A stretch of DNA of 32,000 bases from Pseudomonas nitroreducens NBRC 12694 (GTDB lineage Bacteria > Pseudomonadota > Gammaproteobacteria > Pseudomonadales > Pseudomonadaceae): NCBI RefSeq assembly GCF_002091755.1, contig NZ_BDAI01000001.1, forward strand, positions 1,128,670 through 1,160,669, written 5' to 3'. A program made the position numbers and the translations under genes. Positions within the stretch are counted from its first letter, which is position 1; the number at the start of each line of letters is the position of its first letter. Below, piece by piece: positions 25,367 through 32,000 of the stretch. The notes beneath the pieces are model-generated. The model did not search any database and was not told the DNA's origin. It was given only the letters and a program-made list of their open reading frames with translations.

Positions 25367-25565
25367 CCACAAGTTTACTTTTAATTAATCCAATAAACTT
25401 AAACAAGCTTAACTCATTACACTCCAAAGCATTGCCACCCAATCACAGCCCAGCACATCAGCATCATCTATCCTTATATAAAAATAAATATAACCAACCA
25501 CTAATCAGTGAAATTTATTCCGCATTTTTTCGTTTGAATTCAACTGACCTTTGACAGCATACAGG

Positions 25566-25583
25566 TGTCGAAAAAGTGTCGAA
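25566..25583 (+). repeat. 18-bp direct repeat TGTCGAAAAAGTGTCGAA: candidate attR core or integrase arm-type site
   Basis: Matches 12533-12550 at 17 of 18 positions, in the same orientation. Confidence 0.5.
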
Positions 25584-25700
25584 ATTGCTGATCAGTGCTA
25601 TCCAAAGCAAACCAACTCGAGCTCCATGAAAGCCCCCTCCGTTCCTAATCTATCCGGAGCTTTCCAACGCTATCCACTCAAAAAGCCTGTCTAGCTTTTC

Positions 25701-25710
25701 TACGCGCAAA
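25701..25710 (+). repeat. candidate outer att core copy, TACGCGCAAA (partner at 12453-12462)
   Basis: Exact 10-bp direct repeat, 48 bp upstream of the DnaJ-related gene start. Confidence 0.35.
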
Positions 25711-25758
25711 GCGACGCGTACCCCAGCCCCTCTATCGGGCTGCTGCTAATCTGACAGC

Positions 25759-26355
25759 ATGACGCGCGATCTCGATCCTTCCCTCGAACTGACTGACCAG
25801 CTTCTGCAGTTGCTACGGGAAGCGCATGAAGGAATCTCCGAATTCCAGCTGATCCAGCAATTGAAGGCTCGGCACTCCACTCACGTGCCCAACCTGCCGC
25901 TGACCGACAAGCTGGTGCTGTTCCGCACCCACTTTCTGGTGTTCAACGCGTTGTATCGCCTGCGCGACCAGCTCTGGGCGGAGGGCGCCGCGCACCTGGA
26001 GATCGGGCCGCTGCAGATTCGTCTCTCTCCTTTTATGAATGGCGCACAGGCCCTCGCCGAGCGGGACGCACTACGCGCCTACTACCTGGATGAGAAGCAC
26101 CTGAAGGAAACCACCGAGCACGATGTGGAGAAGTTGCTGGAAAGCTTCTGGACACGTATGCAGGGCAACGAGGAAAAAGCCGCGGCATTGGCACTCTTCG
26201 AGCTGGAGGACGGCCCGGTGGATTACGCGCTGATCAAGCTGCGATACCGCCAACTGGTGAGCCTGCACCATCCCGACAGAGGCGGCAGCACCACTCGATT
26301 GCAGTCGATCAACAAGGCGATGGAAATACTGGAGCGCTATTACAGCCGCCCGTGA
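25759..26355 (+). CDS. DnaJ-related protein with a C-terminal J domain
   Basis: C-terminal J-domain with HPD motif (YRQLVSLHHPDRGGS...INKAMEILERYY). The N-terminal part is typical of the DNA-J related family. Confidence 0.85.
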   Translation: MTRDLDPSLELTDQLLQLLREAHEGISEFQLIQQLKARHSTHVPNLPLTDKLVLFRTHFLVFNALYRLRDQLWAEGAAHLEIGPLQIRLSPFMNGAQALAERDALRAYYLDEKHLKETTEHDVEKLLESFWTRMQGNEEKAAALALFELEDGPVDYALIKLRYRQLVSLHHPDRGGSTTRLQSINKAMEILERYYSRP

Positions 26356-26515
26356 AACTTCCATTTGCTCTAAACCCACGGACGACGTGGCTTGCAGCCA
26401 TTCCTATACTGCGACTTAAGGTCGCATAGGTCGGCTGGGCACCGGATGACGCTGGCTACGCGTACTCGGCGCCTCGCTGGGGGGCGGCCTTCTATAAGAA
26501 GAGGAGAATGCTGAC

Positions 26516-27112
26516 ATGATCCATCATGTGTGGGGGCTCTTCACCCATCCCGATCAGGAATGGCAGGACATCCGCGGCGAGGAAGAATCCATCAGCCACA
26601 TGTACCTGACCCACGTCCTGATCCTCGCTGCCATCCCGGTCATTTCCGCCTACATCGGCACCACGCAGGTTGGCTGGGTATTGGGTAATGCGGGACCGGT
26701 CAAGCTGACGGCCGCCAGCGCGATCCAGCTGACCATCATGACTTACATCGCCATGCTCGCCGGCGTCGCCGTGATGGGCGCCTTCATCCACTGGATGGCT
26801 CGTACGTACGACGCGTCGCCATCGCTGACCCAATGCATCGTCTTTGCTGCGTACACCGCGACTCCGCTGTTCATCGGCGGCCTGGCGGCTCTCTATCCAC
26901 ACCTGTGGCTGGGCATGATCATCGGCACGGCCGCGATCTGCTACACCGTCTACCTGCTCTACGTCGGCATCCCGACCTTCATGAACATTCCCAAGGATGA
27001 AGGTTTCCTGTTCTCCAGCTCCGTGCTGGCGGTAGGACTGGTGGTGCTGGTGGCGATGATGGCCCTGTCGGTCATCCTCTGGGGCAGCGGCGTCGGCCCG
27101 GAATACACCTGA
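26516..27112 (+). CDS. Yip1-family inner membrane protein
   Basis: Hydrophilic N-terminus followed by five hydrophobic helices. GAGGAG Shine-Dalgarno. Family call is from overall architecture and memory of Pseudomonas homologs. Confidence 0.75.
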   Translation: MIHHVWGLFTHPDQEWQDIRGEEESISHMYLTHVLILAAIPVISAYIGTTQVGWVLGNAGPVKLTAASAIQLTIMTYIAMLAGVAVMGAFIHWMARTYDASPSLTQCIVFAAYTATPLFIGGLAALYPHLWLGMIIGTAAICYTVYLLYVGIPTFMNIPKDEGFLFSSSVLAVGLVVLVAMMALSVILWGSGVGPEYT

Positions 27113-27128
27113 TCTCACGCTCTGCGGA

Positions 27129-27160
27129 AGAAACCGGGCCCTTGTGGCCCGGTTTCTTTT
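27129..27160 (+). terminator. rho-independent terminator after the Yip1 gene
   Basis: AGAAACCGGGCC (27129-27140) pairs with GGCCCGGTTTCT (27146-27157), followed by TTT. Confidence 0.7.
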
Positions 27161-27344
27161 GGGCTCCTCGCAGGAGCGAGCCGTCGCTGAACGGGTTCGC
27201 GAGCAAACTCGCTCCTGCAGAGAGCGGCACTTGCCTGAAACTCGTCCGGCTTGCCTGAAGCTGCACCCCGGACGAGCGGCCACGAGAAATCCTCCACCGG
27301 CGCGCCGACTGCGGCATAATCTTGCCCCGTCGGAGAACCACTGT

Positions 27345-27842
27345 ATGCCTGAACAGCTCAACGCTCGCGTCGAAGCCTGCTACCAGCAGGCCGAAGCCTT
27401 CTTCCAGCGGCGCTTTCCCCGCCCGGAAGTGAGCTTCCGGCTACGCGGCCAGAAGGCCGGCGTCGCCCACCTGGATGAAAACCTGCTACGTTTCAACCCG
27501 CAGTTGTACCGTGAAAACCACGAACACTTCCTGCAGCAAACCGTGGCCCATGAAGTGGCGCACCTGATCGCCCACCAGATGTTCGGTCCGCGCATTCGCC
27601 CCCACGGCGAGGAGTGGCAACTGATCATGCGCGGCATCTACGGCTTGCCGCCGGACCGCTGCCACACCTATGAAATCAAGCGTCGCCGCTCCACCCGCTA
27701 CCTGTATCGCTGTCACTGTGGAGAGGGAAACGAATTCCCCTTCTCCTCCCAGCGTCACAACCTGGTCGCCCAGGGCCGCCGCTACTATTGCCGGCGGTGC
27801 CGCGCCACCCTGGTATTCACCGGCGAAACCCGCCGCGAGTGA
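27345..27842 (+). CDS. sprT: SprT-family zinc metallopeptidase
   Basis: ATG at 27345 gives 165 aa. HEVAHL zinc motif and a C-terminal Cys-rich zinc ribbon (CHCG...CRRC). Confidence 0.9.
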   Translation: MPEQLNARVEACYQQAEAFFQRRFPRPEVSFRLRGQKAGVAHLDENLLRFNPQLYRENHEHFLQQTVAHEVAHLIAHQMFGPRIRPHGEEWQLIMRGIYGLPPDRCHTYEIKRRRSTRYLYRCHCGEGNEFPFSSQRHNLVAQGRRYYCRRCRATLVFTGETRRE

Positions 27843-27848
27843 TGCTGC

Positions 27849-29030
27849 TCAGGCGATGACCTTGGCCGCCTTCAGCGCAGCAACCTGTTCGTCGGTGTAA
27901 CCCAGTTCTGCCATCACCTGCACCGTGTGCGCTCCCAACGCAGCGCCGATATGGCGTGGCTCGGGCAGGCCGGCGGAGAAACGGATCGGGCAGGCCGCCT
28001 GCCGTTGCGCCCCGCCCTTGCCGTTGGGCACCTGCGTGACCACACCCCGTTCACGCAACTGCGGATGTTCCACCGCCTCGGCCAGGGACAACATCGGCTC
28101 GACACAGGCGTCCAGCGCGGCAAAGCGCTCCAGCCAGTGAGTGAAGTCCTGCTTCTCGAACTCGATGGCGATTTCGCGCTTGAGCGACTGCTGCTCTTCC
28201 GGTTTGGGCGACAGCCCGCGCGCGGCCAGTTCCGGGCGGCCGATGGCGGTGCAGAACTGTTGCATGAACTGCGGCTCCAGGCTGCCCACCGAGAACCAGC
28301 GGCCATCGCGGGTGCGGTAGTAGTCGTAGAAGCTGCCACCGTTGAGCGCGAGGCCTTCCATCTCCGGCTCCACTCCCGCCGCAAGATAGCCGGCACCCGC
28401 CATGCCGTGCAGGCTGAAGGCGCAGTCGGTCATGCTCACGTCAACCTGCTGCCCCTCGCCCGTCTGTTGCCGATGGATGACTGCCGCCAACAGGCCCATC
28501 ACGCCATGCAGCGAACCACCGGCGATGTCCGCCAGTTGCACGCCCAGCGGCAGCGGGCCGCTCTCGCGGCGGCCGGTGTAGCTGGCCACACCGGCCAGGG
28601 CCAGGTAGTTGATGTCATGCCCGGCGCGGTCGCGCAGCGGCCCGGTCTGGCCGTAACCGGTGATCGATACGTAGATCAGCTTCGGGTTGATCGCCTTGAG
28701 CGCCTCGTAACCGACGCCGAGCTTGTCCATCACGCCGGGGCGGAACTGCTCCAGCACGATGTCGTATTCCTGCACCAGTTGCTTCACCACCTCCACCGCC
28801 TCGGCCTGCTTGAGATCCAGAGCAATGCAGCGTTTGTTGCGGTTGAGGTAGGCGTGGCTGGCGGAGGTGCCGTCCACGTGCGGCGGCAGCACGCGCACCA
28901 GGTCCATGCGCGTGGGCGACTCCACGCGCAACACCTGGGCGCCCATGTCGGCCAGCAGCAGCGAGGCGAACGGCCCCGGCAGCAGGGTGGAGAAATCGAG
29001 GATCTTCAGGGAGGCGAGCGGGCCGTTCAT
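27849..29030 (-). CDS. CaiB/BaiF family III CoA-transferase
   Basis: ATG at 29030 with AGGAG Shine-Dalgarno (the ORF-track start is TTG). N-terminal LKILDFSTLLPGPFAS..LADMGA.V..VE and the GHDINYLA motif are typical of the family. Confidence 0.9.
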   Translation of the reverse strand: MNGPLASLKILDFSTLLPGPFASLLLADMGAQVLRVESPTRMDLVRVLPPHVDGTSASHAYLNRNKRCIALDLKQAEAVEVVKQLVQEYDIVLEQFRPGVMDKLGVGYEALKAINPKLIYVSITGYGQTGPLRDRAGHDINYLALAGVASYTGRRESGPLPLGVQLADIAGGSLHGVMGLLAAVIHRQQTGEGQQVDVSMTDCAFSLHGMAGAGYLAAGVEPEMEGLALNGGSFYDYYRTRDGRWFSVGSLEPQFMQQFCTAIGRPELAARGLSPKPEEQQSLKREIAIEFEKQDFTHWLERFAALDACVEPMLSLAEAVEHPQLRERGVVTQVPNGKGGAQRQAACPIRFSAGLPEPRHIGAALGAHTVQVMAELGYTDEQVAALKAAKVIA

Positions 29031-29072
29031 GGGCACTCCTGTTTCGCTCAATCGATGCGTGGGCGCCGCGCC

Positions 29073-30212
29073 TCAGAGCTTCATGCCGCGGCTGATGATC
29101 TCTTTCATGATCTCCGAAGTACCGGCGAAAATGCGCTGGATGCGCGCGTTCGCGTACATCTTGCAGATCGGATACTCCCACATGTAACCCCAGCCACCGT
29201 GCAGTTGCACGCCCTCATCCACCACCTTGCAGAGCAGTTCGGTGGTGAACAGCTTGGCCTCGGCGGCCACTTCGGGAGTGAGCTTCTTCTGGTTGTGGTC
29301 CATTACGCAACGATCGGTGAAGACCTGCGCCACGTCGATCTGCGTACGCATCTCGGCGAGCTTGAAGCGGGTGTTCTGGAAGTGCGCGATCGGGCGATCG
29401 AACGCCTTGCGCTCCTTCACGTAGTCGACGGTCGCGTTCAGCGCGGCCTCGGCGCCGGCCACCGCGCCACAGGCGTTGGTCAGGCGTTCCTGGGCCAGCA
29501 TGTTCATCAAGTAGAAGAAACCGCCCTTGGCGTCGCCCAGCAGATTTTCCTTCGGCACTTTCACGTTGTTGAAGAACAGCTCGGCGGTGTCCTGGCTCTT
29601 CATGCCCAGTTTCTTCAGATTGCGCCCGCGCTCGAAGCCTTCCATGCCACGTTCAACCACGAACAGCCCCATGGCGTGCTTGTTCGAAGGATCAGTCTTC
29701 GCCGCGACTATCACCAGGTCCGCCAGCAGGCCGTTGGAGATGAACACCTTGGAGCCGTTGAGGACGAAATGGTCCCCCTTGTCCACCGCCGTGGTGCGCA
29801 TGCCAGCCAGGTCCGAGCCGGCCGACGGCTCAGTCATCGCCACCGCCAGGATGCTTTCGCCACGAATGATCCCCGGTAACCAGCGGGCCTTCTGCTCGGC
29901 ATTGCCGTACTCGGCGATGTAGGGGCCGCACAGCGCCGAATGCAGCGGGATCATGAAACCAGGCTCGTTGATGGCAGCCAATTCCTCACACATGATCTGT
30001 TCGTAGCGAAAATCCTTCAGAGCGGATCCACCGTATTCCTCTTCCGCCCAGGGCAGCAGAAAGCCCATCTCCCCCGCCTTACGCCAGACACTGCGGTCCA
30101 CCACGCCGGCTTCCTCCCATTCCTCCTGGTGAGGCACCACTTCCTTGTTGAGGAAGGATCGGAACGCATCGCGGAACAGGTTGTGTTCGGTCTCGAAGTG
30201 ATTGCGCAGCAT
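29073..30212 (-). CDS. acyl-CoA dehydrogenase
   Basis: ATG at 30212 gives 379 aa. ACAD motifs AMTEPSAGSDL, GGWGYMWEYP and RIFAGTSEIMKEIISR. The upstream part of the ORF-track ORF is non-coding-like. Confidence 0.92.
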   Translation of the reverse strand: MLRNHFETEHNLFRDAFRSFLNKEVVPHQEEWEEAGVVDRSVWRKAGEMGFLLPWAEEEYGGSALKDFRYEQIMCEELAAINEPGFMIPLHSALCGPYIAEYGNAEQKARWLPGIIRGESILAVAMTEPSAGSDLAGMRTTAVDKGDHFVLNGSKVFISNGLLADLVIVAAKTDPSNKHAMGLFVVERGMEGFERGRNLKKLGMKSQDTAELFFNNVKVPKENLLGDAKGGFFYLMNMLAQERLTNACGAVAGAEAALNATVDYVKERKAFDRPIAHFQNTRFKLAEMRTQIDVAQVFTDRCVMDHNQKKLTPEVAAEAKLFTTELLCKVVDEGVQLHGGWGYMWEYPICKMYANARIQRIFAGTSEIMKEIISRGMKL

Positions 30213-30357
30213 GGTCGACTCCCGGTGGGTTGAGTGCCCGCAGGGTAGGTGCTGGCCGCGCGCGGCCTCAATGACGCGAGCGCTCAGGGTCGATTGACGC
30301 AATCGCCCAGCAGATGCGAGTGTGAAATATCCCAAAGCTGCACCGGAGAGCGCCCGC

Positions 30358-30822
30358 ATGCAGATTCGCCCTTTCCAGGCGGAAGACTTCCCGCCGTACG
30401 AAAGCTGGTTCGCCGACCCCGTGCTCTTTGCGCAGCTTGGCCCGATGGACCGTGAATGGCTGGAACAGCTGCTGAACGCTCCGGACAGAGTCCTGTACAG
30501 CATCCTGCGCGGCGATCTGCTGGTGGCGGTTGTGGGGATTTGCCTGCCCAACCCCGACCACCCGTACTATTTCGTCACCGATCTCGCCGTGCGCCCGGAG
30601 TTGCGTGGTTCAGGTGTTGGGCGCGCGGTGATGGCGCTGGTGATGAGCCGAGCGGAACTGCAGAGCAGCCCCTTGTGGCGCGCCAGCGTGAGGCCGGACA
30701 ACCTGGGGGCGCTGGCCTTCCTCATCAAGCTGGGCTGGACACGACTGGAAATGGGCAATCCGTTCGATGAGCTGCTCGAGTTCGAATTCCGCCGGCGCCC
30801 GGCGGGCCCCTTGCTCCGCTGA
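30358..30822 (+). CDS. GNAT-family N-acetyltransferase
   Basis: ATG at 30358. MQIRPFQAEDF start and an acetyl-CoA pocket RGSGVGRAVM (R/Q-x-x-G-x-G/A). Confidence 0.8.
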   Translation: MQIRPFQAEDFPPYESWFADPVLFAQLGPMDREWLEQLLNAPDRVLYSILRGDLLVAVVGICLPNPDHPYYFVTDLAVRPELRGSGVGRAVMALVMSRAELQSSPLWRASVRPDNLGALAFLIKLGWTRLEMGNPFDELLEFEFRRRPAGPLLR

Positions 30823-30956
30823 TCCGGCAAGGGTGCTGTAGTGGACTCCGCCCGGGATGATTTCATTCTCGACGTGAAGCGAGCCGATCGAGGGCAAATC
30901 GCTCCCGCGCAATCGGGATGTTCGGCGTTCATAAAGAAGCAATTTCCCGGCTCGCA

Positions 30957-30982
30957 TAAAAAACCCCCGCCGGGGCGGGGGT
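30957..30982 (-). terminator. rho-independent terminator of the porin gene
   Basis: ACCCCCGC (30963-30970) pairs with GCGGGGGT (30975-30982). On the minus strand the hairpin is followed by a T-run (30957-30962). Confidence 0.7.
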
Positions 30983-31017
30983 TCACACAAAGGAGTCAAA
31001 CGGTATTGCTGTAGTTC

Positions 31018-32000
31018 TTAGAACACGTACTGCAGGCGGGTCACGACACCGTTGCCGTCGTCGTCACCGTTGGCGTTGCGGATGCCATCGGTACTGACGT
31101 GAACGTAGTCCAGGGAGACCTTCACGGCTTCGTTGGCGTACCAGTTCACACCGATGGTGTTGGTGCTGGCCTTGGTGTCGCCCACGTCGCGGGTGGCGGT
31201 AGCCACGACCACGTTCGGGTCATCGACCTTGATGTGGTCGTAGCGGTAGAAGACTTCCCAGGCACCGATTTCCTTGTTGGCCGGCTTGATGGTGTCGAAC
31301 TTGGCGCCATCGAGCTTGTAAACGCGGGATTCGCCGGTGATGGTGTAGGCCAGTTGGCCGTAGTAGCCGTCAGCCTTGATGTCCTGGAAGGCATCGGCAT
31401 CAGCCTTCAGCTTGCGCTTCAGGTATTCGGCCTGAGCGGAGAACGGGCCGAAGGCGTAGGCGAATTCTGCGCCCCAGGTGGAGTCGTCCTTGTAGGAACC
31501 GGCCGGGCTCAGGGTGGCGCCGCCGAAGGTCGCGCGGTTGCCATTGTCGCCAGCGTCGTTACCGCCGTTGGTGGCGATACCACGCATGCCCAGACGCGGA
31601 CGGATGCGGGAATCGAAGGCGGTGTCGTTCAGGTCACGGTAGGCGTAATCCAGGCCGACATGCAGGACGTTGCCGTCGGTGTTCAGCGGAGCGAACACGC
31701 CGCGGAAGTTGAACTGCTTGACGCTGTCGCCGTCGGTGTCGTCGGCGTCCTTGGCATATACGCCGGCGTCCAGGTAGGCCATGTTGGCGACGACGCCGCC
31801 AACCTGGGCCCCCATGCCATCCTGGTGGGTGTTGATCCAGTCAGCCAGTTCGTAGGCGCTGGTACGCTCGGTGGCGGTCACCCACTTGGAGCTGGTGGCT
31901 TTCTCCAGACCGAAGTCCGGGTCGAAACGGCCGAACTTCAGGGTTACCGGAGCGAAGCCGGTGTAGCTGAAGGAAGCCTCGTCGAAGTAGCCGTTGTCAG
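31018..32000 (-). CDS. phosphate-selective porin O/P family (OprO/OprP-like), N-terminus outside the window
   Basis: C-terminal beta-barrel signature ...RLQYVF. The frame stays open to the window edge (upstream reads ...[20 protein letters not shown], typical of the OprO/OprP family). The ORF-track start at 31881 is only a GTG inside the gene. Confidence 0.85.
   Translation of the reverse strand, partial: DNGYFDEASFSYTGFAPVTLKFGRFDPDFGLEKATSSKWVTATERTSAYELADWINTHQDGMGAQVGGVVANMAYLDAGVYAKDADDTDGDSVKQFNFRGVFAPLNTDGNVLHVGLDYAYRDLNDTAFDSRIRPRLGMRGIATNGGNDAGDNGNRATFGGATLSPAGSYKDDSTWGAEFAYAFGPFSAQAEYLKRKLKADADAFQDIKADGYYGQLAYTITGESRVYKLDGAKFDTIKPANKEIGAWEVFYRYDHIKVDDPNVVVATATRDVGDTKASTNTIGVNWYANEAVKVSLDYVHVSTDGIRNANGDDDGNGVVTRLQYVF

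Larger units (their letters stand above)
12453..25710. mobile_element. Pf1/Pf4-like filamentous (Inovirus) prophage with cargo modules at both ends; maximal extent given, minimal extent 12533-25583
   Basis: Complete Pf gene order (int, rep, zot, minor coat, coaA, coaB, small membrane ORFs, ssDNA-binding protein, xis, repressor). Flanked by two alternative direct-repeat pairs. Base composition drops visibly relative to the flanking core. The element interrupts the divergent ttcA / DnaJ-related gene pair. Confidence 0.8.

Noticed and set aside
26409-26425. Imperfect hairpin TGCGACTTAAGGTCGCA after the DnaJ-related gene
   Set aside because: The stem is only about 6 bp, is interrupted by an extra base, and has no following T-run. 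This is not convincing as a terminator or RNA element.
26492-27361. 289-aa minus-strand ORF antisense to the Yip1 gene and the sprT upstream region
   Set aside because: The product is rich in Arg/Gly/Asp/His/Ala and it crosses a clear terminator hairpin. It is a shadow of the Yip1 gene.
27927-29879. 650-aa + strand ORF across the CoA-transferase and acyl-CoA dehydrogenase genes
   Set aside because: It is antisense to two genes with clear family motifs. The product is rich in Arg/His/Leu/Ala/Gln and spans an intergenic gap, which is typical of a high-GC artefact.
1-32000. Search for CRISPR arrays, tRNA/rRNA genes and IS elements
   Set aside because: I found no regularly spaced repeat-spacer pattern, no cloverleaf-like or rRNA-like conserved segments, and no transposase-like ORFs or terminal inverted repeats by eye. 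tRNAscan-SE/ARAGORN, Infernal and ISfinder would be needed to exclude them formally.

Overview
High-GC, Pseudomonas-type chromosomal window. The conserved core holds an Mla-like ABC/MCE lipid-transport operon, dcyD plus the tcyJLN cystine ABC transporter, a pirin, an O-methyltransferase, two NlpC/P60 lipoproteins, a Sir2 deacylase, a Tag-like glycosylase, ttcA, a DnaJ-related protein, Yip1, sprT, a CoA-transferase/acyl-CoA dehydrogenase pair, a GNAT and a partial OprO/OprP-type porin. The divergent ttcA / DnaJ-related intergenic region is interrupted by a roughly 13 kb Pf1/Pf4-like filamentous (inovirus) prophage, about 12.45-25.71 kb. On the minus strand it reads repressor <> excisionase, small ORFs, ssDNA-binding protein, two small membrane proteins, major coat CoaB, adsorption protein CoaA, minor coat, Zot-like assembly ATPase, replication initiator, then tyrosine integrase. 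The coat and ssDNA-binding proteins are recognisably Pf1-like. Both prophage ends carry visibly AT-rich cargo. (i) Next to the repressor is a translationally coupled three-gene operon (22967-25366): a TIGR04255-like protein, an HTH protein and an orphan 298-aa protein. This is my best candidate for an undescribed defence or toxin-antitoxin-like system. (ii) Next to the integrase is a stand-alone AlbA_2/Schlafen-like domain protein with an orphan C-terminal half (12680-13867). I saw no tRNA, rRNA or CRISPR array. Every homology statement rests on motif recognition by eye and memory of the protein families; no database search was run.
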